Shown here piece after piece: positions 1-10,594 of a stretch of DNA of 37,480 bases. A program made the position numbers and the translations under genes. The notes under the pieces were generated by a model. The model was not told where the DNA came from. It made no database searches and saw only the letters and a program-made list of their open reading frames with translations. Position 1 is the first letter of the stretch. The number at the start of each line of letters is the position of its first letter. The DNA is from Macrostomum lignano (taxonomy: Eukaryota): positions 1 through 37,480 of the forward strand of contig NIVC01004704.1 in NCBI GenBank assembly GCA_002269645.1, in the 5' to 3' direction.

Positions 1-893
1 CAGTGTCTGGATGTGGATTGTCAGTATCTGGGTGGATTGTCAGTGTCTGAATGTGGATTGTCAGTATCTGATGTGGATTGTCAGTGTCTGGATGTGGATT
101 GTCAGTGGCTGGATGTGATTGTCATTGACTAAATGTGGATTTTCAGTGGTGATGTGGATTGTCAGTGACTGAATGTGAATTGTCATGACTGAATGTGGAT
201 TTCAGTGGCTGACTCTTTATTGTCACTGGCTGAGTGTGGATTGTTAGTGGCTGAATGTGGATTGTCAGTGGCTGAATGTCGATTGTCAGTGGCTGAATGT
301 GGATTGTCGGTGGCTGACTGTTTATTGTCTAGCTGGATGTGGATTGTCACTGACTGAATGTGGATTGTCACTGACTGCAAGTGATTGTCACTGACTGAAT
401 GTGGATTGTCACTGACTGCAAGTGGATTGTCAGTGACTGACTCTGTGGATTGTCACTGATGAGTGTGGATTGTTAGTGGCTGAATGTGGATTGTCAGTGG
501 CTGAATGTCGATTGTCAGTGGCTGAATGTGGATTGTCGGTGGCTGAATGTTTATTGGCTCTAGCTGGATGTGGATTGTCACTGACTGAATGTGGATTGTC
601 ACTGACTGATTGTGGATTGTCACTGACTGAATGTGGATTGTCACTGACTGAATGTGGATTGTCACTGACTGCAAGTGGATTGTCACTGACTGATTGTGGA
701 TTGTCACTGACTGATTGTGGATTGTCACTGACTGAATGTGGATTGTCACTGACTGAATGTGGATTGTCACTGACTGAATGTGGATTGTCACTGACTGAAT
801 GTGGATTGTCACTGACTGAATGTGGATTGTCACTGACTGATTGTGGATTGTCACTGACTGAATGTGGATTGTTACTGGCTGAATGTGGATTGG
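1..893. repeat. Minisatellite, 21-bp unit GTGGATTGTCACTGACTGAAT, about 42 copies, runs off the window start
   Basis: Tandem periodicity read directly; degenerate at the left and homogeneous at about 560-860. Confidence 0.95.
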
Positions 894-1420
894 AATTGTT
901 TACGTTTTATGTTTAGTCCTCGAATTGTCGGTATTTATTTTTTAAATCGTCCATGTTTTACTGTCTGATACGCCTAGAATTAATTTAACAGATCTCGTTT
1001 CGCTGACGGCCCGGTCCGTCATTTCGGTCTGGCCAATAGTGTGCAACATGAGGCCTGGGTCGTTAGAAAGCAATTTAGATGTGTATTGGTAGTGCATGTG
1101 CAATAGTAGTAACGACTAACAAGCTAGCGTGATCAAGCGGCTCCCTCAATTCTTGATTAATGCTCTCTGTACTTTTGGCTGTTCGATCAGTCTCTCGCTT
1201 GACTCAGCTCTCTTATCCTCTCGATGTTGAGCTGCAGCTCGGAATTGCTTTGCAGTCACGCTTACTTTGCGCGAATTTGTCAGTCACATTAGCAGACGAG
1301 GCCCAATAATTGCAGCTGCTGGCTCTGTGTGTGCCGGTTAAAGTACTTTTTTCTAAGTAATTTTATTGCCATATGGTATTTATGCTGTATTTGATGGCTG
1401 TGTGCTTTTCTCTGATTGCT

Positions 1421-1975
1421 CCCTGCTTCTGTCTTCCCCTCCGCCCTGTCTTCCCCTCAACCCCTGTCTATCTCCATCCCTGTCTTCCCCTCCACCCCTG
1501 TCTTCCCCTCTACCCCTGTCTTCCCCTCCGCCCTGTCTATCTCTCCTCCCTGTCTTCCCCTCCGCCCTGTCTATCTCTCCTCCCCTGTCTTCCCCTCCGC
1601 CCTGTCTATCTCTCCTCCCCTGTCTTCCCCTCCACCCCTGTCTTCCCCTCCACCCCTGTCTTCCCCTCCGCCCTGTCTATCTCTCCTCCCCTGTCTTCCC
1701 CTCCGCCCTGTCTATCTCTCCTCCCTGTCTTCCCCTCCACCCCTGTCTTCCCCTCCACCCTGTCTTCCCCTCCACCCCTGTCTTCCCCTCCGCCCCTGTC
1801 TTCCCCTCCACCCCTGTCTTCCCCTCCACCCGGTCTTCCCCTCCACCCCTGTCTTCCCCTCCACCCGGTCTTCCCTCCGCCCTGTCTATCTCTCCTCCTC
1901 TATCTTCTCTATGCCCCTGTCTGTCTCACTGACTTCCTCTGTCTTCCGCTCTGTCTTTGTCTCCCCTCCCCTGTC
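1421..1975. repeat. Pyrimidine-rich minisatellite, 18-19-bp unit CCCTGTCTTCCCCTCC(A/G)C
   Basis: Direct inspection; interspersed CCCTGTCTATCTCTCCT variant. Confidence 0.9.
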
Positions 1976-2293
1976 TAACCCTACTCCCCATCTGTGCCAC
2001 ACTCTTCCATACCATATGTGTTCTCCTCCTTCCTCCCCTCTGTGTCTCCCTCCGCATTCCGCAGTCATGTAGTATGTTTTATTCTGAACATGCATTGCTG
2101 GAGAGCGGACAGTCGCATACAGTCGAGTTTCAGTAAAAATATTTTTTGTTTCTGTACACATAATCTTTTAAAGATTTGAATAACTGTCAAAGTGTAACTT
2201 TATTAAGTTTTGTCTCTGGACGATTTCAAAAAAATCTACTAAAGGCAGTCGATTGCGCTAGCGCAAAAATAATCAGGGTGGATCCTCATTCAG

Positions 2294-2358
2294 CGTACTT
2301 TTGCTACGCTCCGGTGCTTGAGGCTGAGGTCTCGCCATGGGATTGCTCTAGATACTTG
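2294..2358 (+). CDS. SLC25A24: Probable upstream exon of the SCaMC carrier (xYFCYAPVLEAEVSPWDCSRYL)
   Basis: Acceptor cctcattCAG at 2291-2293 and strong donor TTG|GTAAGC at 2359. The phase-0 end joins in frame to ATG 4556. The peptide loosely resembles the SCaMC linker YFLFNPV..EEIIRFW that precedes the IDIG..IPD(E/D)F motif. Confidence 0.45.
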
Positions 2359-2403
2359 GTAAGCTGAGCCTTGGGCAGTGCTGCCTGCCATTCGTTCGTA
2401 ATC

Positions 2404-3918
2404 GCACAAAGATTCTCTCTGATAGTTCTCAGATAGTGTGGAATGGCAAACAAAGACTCACTCTGATAGTTCTCAGATAGTGTGGAATGGCACACAAAGA
2501 CTCACTCTGATAGTTCTCAGATAGTGTGGAATGGCACACAAAGACTCAGTCTGATAGTTCTCAGATAGTGTGGAATGGCACACAAAGACTCAGTCTGATA
2601 GTTCTCAGATAGTGTGGAATGGTACACAAGGACTCAGTCTGATAGTTCTCAGATAGTGTGGAATGGCACACAAAGACTCAGTCTGATAGTTCTCAGATAG
2701 TGTGGAATGGCAAGCAAAGACTCACTCTGATAGTTCTCAGATAGTGTGGAATGGCACACAAAGACTCACTCTGATAGTTCTCAGATAGTGTGGAATGGCA
2801 CACAAAGACTCACTCTGATAGTTCTCAGATAGTGTGGAATGGCACACAAAGACTCAGTCTGATAGTTCTCAGACAGTGTGGAATGGCACACAAAGACTCA
2901 CTCTGATAGTTCTCAGATAGTGTGGAATGGCAAACAAAGACTCACTCTGATAGTTCTCAGATAGTGTGGAATGGCAAGCAAAGACTCACTCTGATAGTTC
3001 TCAGATAGTGTGGAATGGCAAGCAAAGACTCACTCTGATAGTTCTCAGATAGTGTGGAATGGCACACAAAGACTCACTCTGATAGTTCTCAGATAGTGTG
3101 GAATGGCACACAAAGACTCAGTCTGATAGTTCTCAGATAGTGTGGAATGGCACACAAAGACTCACTCTGATAGTTCTCAGATAGTGTGGAATGGCACACA
3201 AAGACTCACTCTGATAGTTCTCAGACAGTGTGGAATGGCACACAAAGACTCACTCTGATAGTTCTCAGACAGTGTGGAATGGCAAACAAAGACTCACTCT
3301 GATAGTTCTCAGACAGTGTGGAATGGCAAACAAAGACTCACTCTGATAGTTCTCAGACAGTGTGGAATGGCACACAAAGACTCAGTCTGATAGTTCTCAG
3401 ATAGTGTGGAATGGCACACAAAGACTCACTCTGATAGTTCTCAGACAGTGTGGAATGGCAAACAAAGACTCACTCTGATAGTTCTCAGATAGTGTGGAAT
3501 GGCACACAAAGACTCACTCTGATAGTTCTCAGACAGTGTGGAATGGCACACAAAGACTCACTCTGATAGTTCTCAGATAGTGTGGAATGGCAAACAAAGA
3601 CTCACTCTGATAGTTCTCAGATAGTGTGGAATGGCAAACAAAGACTCACTCTGATAGTTCTCAGATAGTGTGGAATGGCACACAAAGACTCAGTCTGATA
3701 GTTCTCAGATAGTGTGGAATGGCACACAAAGACTCAGTCTGATAGTTCTCAGATAGTGTGGAATGGCACACAAAGACTCAGTCTGATAGTTCTCAGATAG
3801 TGTGGAATGGCACACAAAGACTCAGTCTGATAGTTCTCAGATAGTGTGGAATGGCACACAAAGACTCTCTCTGATAGTTCTCAGATAGTGTGGAATGGCA
3901 CACAAAGACTCTCTCTGA
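2404..3918. repeat. Minisatellite, 44-bp unit CTGATAGTTCTCAGATAGTGTGGAATGGCACACAAAGACTCACT, about 34 copies
   Basis: Near-identical units differing at about three positions; lies in the putative intron 2359-4555. Confidence 0.97.
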
Positions 3919-4555
3919 AAAAACGGGTTAGAATTGCATGACAAAGACTCATAGATTTGAGAGTGGGATCAGAGGGTGTCTGATATTTTGGTTTTAACAT
4001 GAACAAGGAAGTGATGTACACTGCACGAGTGACCCCTTAGTGATTCTAGCATTTCTGCACCTTCAAAGCTTTTAATTATTTAAGTGCCTGAACGCCTAAT
4101 TTATAGCACATTCTCTGTCATGTGCAGATGCTAGCGTGGTAGTTTTTAGTAATCGATGTTTTTTAATTCTTGCATTTGCATTGACATTTTGTAGTGATAA
4201 TTATTAATAACGTTTCACTAAAACAGCTATTGAAGCTAAAAAAGAGATGCATCGGTATTAACTAAAGCCTAAAGTTATCAAATGCTTAACCGCACGAACT
4301 TCTGAATAGTTTTTTCCCGCTCGCCGTGTGCCGATGCTGCATTGTTCTGACTCCAAGTAATATTTGATTGTATTTATTCTCAAAAATGTTACATATTTTA
4401 AATAGCAATTTTCGTAACATTCTACTCATTGGCTTTTAATAAGTAAAGCGTATTGCTTGCTTAAATATTTTTTGTTTTAAAAGAAAGCATATATTGCTAC
4501 TAATGTTTATTCAGTAGCGTATCGAGAATATTTTCTTTGAACTCTCTGCCACTAG

Positions 4556-4759
4556 ATGGGCACGCTTAACACGGGCGACGAGGCGCAGATACCCGACGAC
4601 TTCTCGGCTGAGCAGCTTCGCTCCGGACAAGCATTGAACATGCTTTTCAGCGGCGGCCTTGCTGGCGCGCTGTCTCGCACCTGCACCGCTCCGTTGGACC
4701 GCTTGAAAGTATTGCGTCAAGTTTACGGATATCAGCACGCTGGCTCTTCCGCTATCAAG
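4556..4759 (+). CDS. SLC25A24: SCaMC-type mitochondrial ATP-Mg/Pi carrier, exon (MGTLNTGDEAQIPDDF...SRTCTAPLDRLKV...SSAIK)
   Basis: Acceptor TAG at 4553-4555 and donor AAG|GT at 4760. Contains GGLAGALSRTCTAPLDRLK, the first Px[DE]xx[KR] carrier signature. The vertebrate paralog (A23/A24/A25) cannot be resolved. Confidence 0.9.
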
Positions 4760-4800
4760 GTAGCTGATCCGGAATCTAGGGATTTGCTTATTTATTTATA

Positions 4801-5270
4801 TCCCTGTCTGGATTTCTTCTGATTACCCCACCTGAATTTCCCTTGATTTCCCCACCTAGAGTTCCCCTGATTACCCCACCTGGAGTTCCCCTGATACCCC
4901 ACCTGGATTTCCCTTGATTTCCCACCTGGATTCCCCTGATTACGATTTCCCTTTGATTTCCCTACCTGGATTTCCCTTGATTTCCTCACATGGATTTCCC
5001 CTGATTACCCCACTTGGATTTCCCTTGATTTCCTCACATGGATTTCCCCTGATTACCCCACCTGGATTTCCCCTGATTTCCCCACCTGGATTTCCCCTGA
5101 TTTCCCACCTGGATTCCCCTGATTTCCCACCTGGATTCCCCTGATTACCCCACCTGGATTTCCCTTGATTTCCCCACCTGGATTCCCCTAATTTTCCCAC
5201 CTGGAGTTCCCCTAATTTTCCCACCTGGAGTTCCCCTGTTTTTCCTACCTGGATTTCCCTGATTTCATCT
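4801..5270. repeat. Intronic minisatellite, ~23-bp unit CCCCACCTGGATTTCCCCTGATT
   Basis: Direct inspection; fills most of intron 4760-5333. Confidence 0.9.
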
Positions 5271-5333
5271 CCTGGCCTCTGCAATATTATGCTAAGTCTT
5301 TGTGCTAGCCCTTCTTCCAACCCTGCCCTCAAG

Positions 5334-5635
5334 GCCTTCCGCTGGATGCTGCAAGAAGGCGGTATCCGGTCGTTGTGGCGAGGCAATGGAGTCAACGTAA
5401 TAAAAATCGCCCCCGAGACGGCGATAAAGTACACGTTCTACGATTTCTATAAGCGCCTTTTGTTTGGCGGTCCGTCCGAACTGCAAATCCATCAGAAATT
5501 CCTAGCCGGCAGTCTGGCCGGGGCAACCAGTCAGACCATGATTTATCCTATGGAGGTGGCTAAGACCAGGATGTGCTTGAGGAAGACAGGCCAATATCCC
5601 GGCGGCCTGGTTGGCTGCCTCGCGTCCGTGTACAG
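5334..5635 (+). CDS. SLC25A24: SCaMC carrier exon ([28 protein letters not shown]...[10 protein letters not shown]...SVY)
   Basis: [21 protein letters not shown] is typical of SCaMC, and the second signature PMEVAKTR is present. Phase-0 acceptor (AAG 5331-5333) and phase-2 donor AG|GTTAGT at 5636. Confidence 0.9.
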
Positions 5636-6246
5636 GTTAGTTGTTGAATTGTGTACATGTTAGTTGTTGAATTGTGTACAGGTTAGTTGTTGAATTGTGT
5701 ACATGTTAGTTGTTGAATTGTGTACAGGTTAGTTGTTGAATTGTGTACAGGTTAGTTGTGTAACTGTGTACAGGTTAGTTGTTGAATTGTGTACATGTTA
5801 GTTGTGTAACTGTGTACAGGTTAGTTGTTGAATTGTGTACAGGTTAGTTGTGTAACTGTGTACAGGTTAGTTGTTGAATTGTGTACAGGTTAGTTGTTGA
5901 ACTGTGTACAGGTTAGATTTTGAATTGTGTACAGGTTTATTGTTGAACTGTGTACAGGTTTATTGTTGAACTGTGTACAGGTTAGTTTTTGAATTGTGTA
6001 CAGGTTAGATGTTGAACTGTGTACAGGTTAGTTTTTTAATTGTGTACAGGTTAGTTGTTGAACTGTGTACAGGTTAGTTTTTGAATTGTGTACAGGTTAG
6101 TTGTTGAACTGTGTACAGGTTAGTTGTTTAACTGTGTACAGGTTAGTTGTTTAACTGTGTGCAGGTTAGTTGTAACTGTGTACAGGTTAGTTGTTTAACT
6201 GTGTACAGGTTAGTTGTTTAACTGTGTACAAGGTTAGTTGTTGAAT
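5628..6246. repeat. Minisatellite, 23-bp unit GTGTACAG|GTTAGTTGTTGAATT, about 27 copies, overlapping the exon/intron junction
   Basis: The first unit includes the last 8 exonic nt and the real donor at 5636. Confidence 0.95.
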
Positions 6247-6310
6247 CGTTTATCGTTTGTCGCCAGTTCACTCAAACCAATCTTCCTTGCACTTCCTGAC
6301 GCCTCGGCAG

Positions 6311-6474
6311 AGAGGGTGGCACCCGCGCCCTGTTCCGCGGCTACACGATCAACCTGGCTGGCATTCTTCCCTACGCTGGCATCGAGCTGGCCGCCTACGA
6401 AACCACGCGGACCTGGCTGTTCCGCGACCTGCCCTCGCACGAAGCTCCCTCTGTGGCGGCTCTGCTGCTTTCAG
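6311..6474 (+). CDS. SLC25A24: SCaMC carrier exon (REGGTRALFRGYTINLAGILPYAGIELAAYET...LLLS)
   Basis: Not listed in the ORF track in this frame; translated by hand. Matches the SCaMC motif RGYxPNxLGIIPYAGIDLAVYE. CAG acceptor ends at 6310, phase-1 donor G|GTGCGT at 6475, and phases match both neighbours. Confidence 0.9.
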
Positions 6475-6509
6475 GTGCGTGACGAGGCTGGGCAGTGCGG
6501 TTGGGCGGT

Positions 6510-8548
6510 GGGAAAATTCTTTGGGATTTGAATTTGTGGAGGAGATTCTTTGGTATTCGAGTTTGTGGGGAGATTCTTTGGGATTCGAGTTTGTGGAGGA
6601 GATTCTTTGGGATTCAAATTTGGGGGAGATTCTTTGGGATTCGAGTTTGTGGGGGAGATTCAGTTTGTGTGGGGAGATACTTTGGGATTCGAGTTTGTGG
6701 GGGGAGATTGTTTGGTGCCTTGGTGGAGTTTGTGGGGAGATTCTTTGGGATTCGAGTTTGTGGAGGAGATTCTTTGGGATTCGAGTTTGGGGGGAGATTC
6801 TTTGGGATTCGAGTTTGTGGGGAGATTCTTTGGGATTCGAGTTTGGGGGGAGATTCTTTGGGATTCGAGTTTGGGGGGAGATTCTTTGGGATTCGAGTTT
6901 GTGGAGGAGATTCTTTGGTGCCTTGGTGGAGTTTGTGGGGAGATTCTTTGGGATTCGAGTTTGGGGGGAGATTCTTTGGGATTCGAGTTTGTGGAGGAGA
7001 TTCTTTGGGATTCGAGTTTGGGGGGAGATTCATTGGGATTCGAGTTTGGGGGGAGATTCTTTGGGATTCGAGTTTGGGGGAGATTCTTTGGGATTCGAGT
7101 TTGGGGGGAGATTCTTTGGGATTCGAGTTTGTGGAGGAGATTCTTTGGTGCCTTGGTGGAGTTTGTGGAGGAGATTCTTTGGGATTCGAGTTTGTGGGGA
7201 GATTCTTTGGTGCCTTGGTGGAGTTTGGGGGGAGATTCTTTGGGATTCGAGTTTGGGGGGAGATTCTTTGGGATTCGAGTTTGTGGGGAGATTCTTTGGG
7301 ATTCGAGTTTGGGGGGAGATTCTTTGGGATTCGAGTTTGTGGGGAGATTCTTTGGGGTTCGAGTTTGTGGGGAGATTCTTTGGGATTCGAGTTTGTGGAG
7401 GAGATTCTTTGGTGCCTTGGTGGAGTTTGTGGGGAGATTCTTTGGGATTCGAGTTTGTAGGGAGATTCATTGGGATTCGAGTTTGTGGGGAGATTCATTG
7501 GGATTCGAGTTTGTGGGGGATTCTTTGGGGTTCGAGTTTGTTTGTGTTTATTTGGGATTTGAGTTTGTTTGTGATTCTTTGGGATTCGAGTTTGTTGGGA
7601 GATTCTTTGGGATTCGAGTTTGAGGAGGAGATTCTTTAGGATTCGAGTTTGTTGGGAGATTCTTTGGGATTCGAGGTTTTTGGGAGATTCTTTGGGATTC
7701 GAGGTTTTTGGGAGATTCTTTAGGATTCGAGTTTGTTGGGAGATTCTTTGGGATTCGAGGTTTTTGGGAGATTCTTTAGGATTCGAGTTTGTTGGGAGAT
7801 TCTTTGGGATTCGAGGTTTTTGGGAGATTCTTTAGGATTCGAGTTTGTTGGGAGATTCTTTGGGATTTGAGGTTTTTGGGAGATTCTTTAGGATTCGAGT
7901 TTGTTGGGAGATTCTTTGGGATTCGAGGTTTTTGGGAGATTCTTTAGGATTCGAGTTTGTTGGGAGATTCTTTGGGATTCGAGGTTTTTGGGAGATTCTT
8001 TAGGATTCGAGTTTGTTGGGAGATTCTTTGGGATTCGAGGTTTTTGGGAGATTCTTTAGGATTCGAGTTTGTTGGGAGATTCTTTGGGATTCGAGGTTTT
8101 TGGGAGATTCTTTAGGATTCGAGTTTGTTGGGAGATTCTTTGGGATTCGAGGTTTTTGGGAGATTCTTTAGGATTCGAGTTTGTTGGGAGATTCTTTGGG
8201 ATTCGAGGTTTTTGGGAGATTCTTTAGGATTCGAGTTTGTTAGGAGATTCTTTGGGATTCGAGGTTTTTGGGAGATTCTTTAGGATTCGAGTTTGTTGGG
8301 AGATTCTTTGGGATTCGAGGTTTTTGGGAGATTCTTTAGGATTCGAGTTTGTTGGGAGATTCTTTGGGATTCGAGGTTGTTGGGAGATTCTTTAGGATTC
8401 GAGTTTGTTGGGAGATTCTTTGGGATTCGAGGTTGTTGGGAGATTCTTTAGGATTCGAGTTTGTGGGGAGATTCTTTGGGATTCGAGTTTGTGGGGAGAT
8501 TCATTGGGATTCGAGTTTGTTGGGAGATTCTTTGAGATTCGAGTTTTT
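6510..8548. repeat. Intronic minisatellite, 28-bp unit GGAGATTCTTTGGGATTCGAGTTTGTGG, with a 56-bp dimeric sub-array
   Basis: Fills nearly all of intron 6475-8579. Confidence 0.96.
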
Positions 8549-8579
8549 TGAGTCTATAAATTTCCCAATTAAATTTTAG

Positions 8580-8854
8580 GTGCCCTGGCCTCCTCAATCG
8601 GCATCGTGGCCTGCTACCCGCTGGCCTTGCTGCGCACCAAGATGCAGTCCAAGGTGCAGTTCAGCAGGCCGGAGCTCAACACTGTCAGAGGCCTGGCCGC
8701 CACGGTGTACCAAGCCGAAGGCATTGTTGGATTCTACCGCGGCATGGGCGCCAACCTGGTCAAGGTGCTGCCCTCGGTGGCTATCAGCTTTGCCACATTC
8801 GAGCGAATCAATCATTACTTTGACATCGCGCACCCGTTCGGGCGGACCTCGTAG
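8580..8854 (+). CDS. SLC25A24: SCaMC carrier terminal exon (GALASSIGIVACYPLALLRTKMQ...FYRGMGANLVKVLPSVAISF...stop)
   Basis: The degenerate third signature YPLALLRTKMQ is characteristic of SCaMC (YPLALVRTRMQ). TAG acceptor at 8577-8579 and stop ending at 8854. Confidence 0.9.
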
Positions 8855-8999
8855 CCTCGGGTTGACTGTTTCCTTGGGTTTTGGGTCGGGTAGGGGCTGG
8901 TTGTAGGGATCTTTTCATGGCTGCCGGTTTCTTTCGCTGTCTTTACTAAGAGTGCATTTTCACACAGAGATCAAGTTGATGTAAACGTCATCCACCCTG

Positions 9000-9748
9000 A
9001 TCCTCAGTTGCGGGACCAGCCTCCCCGATCCTGTTGCTGGGCGACCCTCTCAGATCCTCATTTGCTGGGTCAGTCTCCCAGATCCTCAGTTGCTGGGCCA
9101 GTCTCCCAGAGTGTCAGTAGCTGGGCCAGCCTCCCAGAGTGTCAGTAGCTGGGCCAGTCTCCCAGAGTGTCAGTAGCTGGGCCAGTCTCCCAGAGTGTCA
9201 GTAGCTGGGACAGCCTCCCAGATCCTCAGTTGCTGGGCCAGCCCCCCAGTTCCTCAGTTGCTGGGACAGCCTCCCAGATCCTCAGTTGCTGGGACAGCCT
9301 CCCAGATCCTCAGTTGCTGGGCCAGCCTCCCAGATCCTCAGTTGCTGGGCCAGCCCCCCAGTTCCTCAGTTGCTGGGACAGCCTCCCAGATCCTCAGTTG
9401 CTGGGACAGCCCCCAGTTCCTCAGTTGCTGGGCCAGCCCCCCAGTTCCTCAGTTGCTGGGACAGCCTCCCAGATCCTCAGTTGCTGGGACAGCCTCCCAG
9501 ATCCTCAGTTGCTGGGCCAGCCTCCCAGATCCTCAGTTGCTGGGCCAGCCCCCCAGTTCCTCAGTTGCTGGGACAGCCTCCCAGATCCTCAGTTGCTGGG
9601 ACAGCCTTCCAGATCCTCAGTTGCTGGGCCAGCCTCCCAGATCCTCAGTTGCTGGGCCAGCCTCCCAGATCCTCAGTTGCTGGGCCAGCCTCCCAAATCC
9701 TCAGTTGCTGGGATACCCTCTCAAATCCTCAGTTGCTGGGCCAGCGCT
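9000..9748. repeat. Minisatellite, 28-bp unit CAGCCTCCCAGATCCTCAGTTGCTGGG(C/A), downstream of the SCaMC stop
   Basis: Direct inspection. Confidence 0.93.
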
Positions 9749-10455
9749 ATCCTCAGAATCAGGCTGTGGGCATGAATCTGAAACATTTCATTTCACTTAC
9801 AAGTGGAAATCAGAAACCCTTTAGTCTCGGTCAAATCTGCAGCAATAGAATCTGAACTGTTTTAATCTAGTATAGTCATACTGTATGCTCGTCTTAAAGT
9901 AATTAAAAGTAGCTATTGCCTAATATTACACTGTCTTTCCTTTTTGTTAAAGTATGTTAATTGCTTTGCGCAGAAGAAATGTATCTTAATTTCTGTGTAA
10001 ATTAATTTCCTCTTTTTTATACTTTACTCGTATGAAAGTCAATCAAAAACGTTGCTGCAAGTGCATTACCCACGCAATCCCATTGCCTTCTGTGCACTTA
10101 GTACGAATTTCATTATGATAGAAAGTACTTGTAGCATATGTATTTTAGTGGCTAGTATCAGTGTATTGCTTCCGTTCCTGGCTTTACTTTTCAATGTATT
10201 ATTGTAATTGCCCAAGCGGTATATTTTTTGCGGTTGCTTTTTTTATTTTTAGTCTTACTTCTTCATTGTTTTGCCTAAGAAATTTTCTGTCCTGCGCTCC
10301 TTCTTTCGTTAATTATGCGTTTCAGTTTCGCATGTTAGAAAACAACATTTTCACTAGTTTTATTACTGAGACGGCGTCTGAGTTACACTAGCATCTGCTA
10401 GACTGGCTGAAGAGCGCGGGAATTAGAAATTGTGAGTTTTCATCAGCTCCGCCAT

Positions 10456-10594
10456 CTGCCAGCCAATCAGATTCGAGCAAGGCGTGAGGTTGTTGCTCTT
10501 GAAAGGGTAGGAAAATATCGATTAAATGTTGAATGTTTTCAAGCCTCAACAACGGCAGCTGCCAGCCAATCAGATCCGAGCGAGGCCTGAGGTT
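10456..10594 (+). promoter_or_regulatory. Duplicated ~36-bp CCAAT-box module (CTGCCAGCCAATCAGAT(T/C)CGAGC..GGC.TGAGGTT)
   Basis: Direct repeats at 10456-10491 and 10559-10594. Each contains AGCCAATCAG, which matches the NF-Y consensus, and lies about 1.6 kb upstream of the PICALM ATG. Function is not demonstrated. Confidence 0.4.

Noticed and set aside
1255-1340. Possible EF-hand fragment (LTLREFVSHI)
   Set aside because: No DxDxDG loop precedes it, the frame has an upstream stop, and splice signals are weak.
183-1978. Repetitive ORFs (VTIHIQS, SSPPP extensin-like, CGLSLTE)
   Set aside because: They are translations of stop-poor minisatellites, open in several frames and on both strands, with alternative starts and no splice or homology support.
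2404-3918. CRISPR-like array (regular 44-bp period with internal palindrome)
   Set aside because: There are no unique spacers, the units are contiguous near-identical copies, no cas genes are present, and the context is a eukaryotic intron.
6257-7835. Long ORFs of 300-460 aa on both strands
   Set aside because: Artefacts of the 28-bp intronic array; the true exon 6311-6474 uses another frame.
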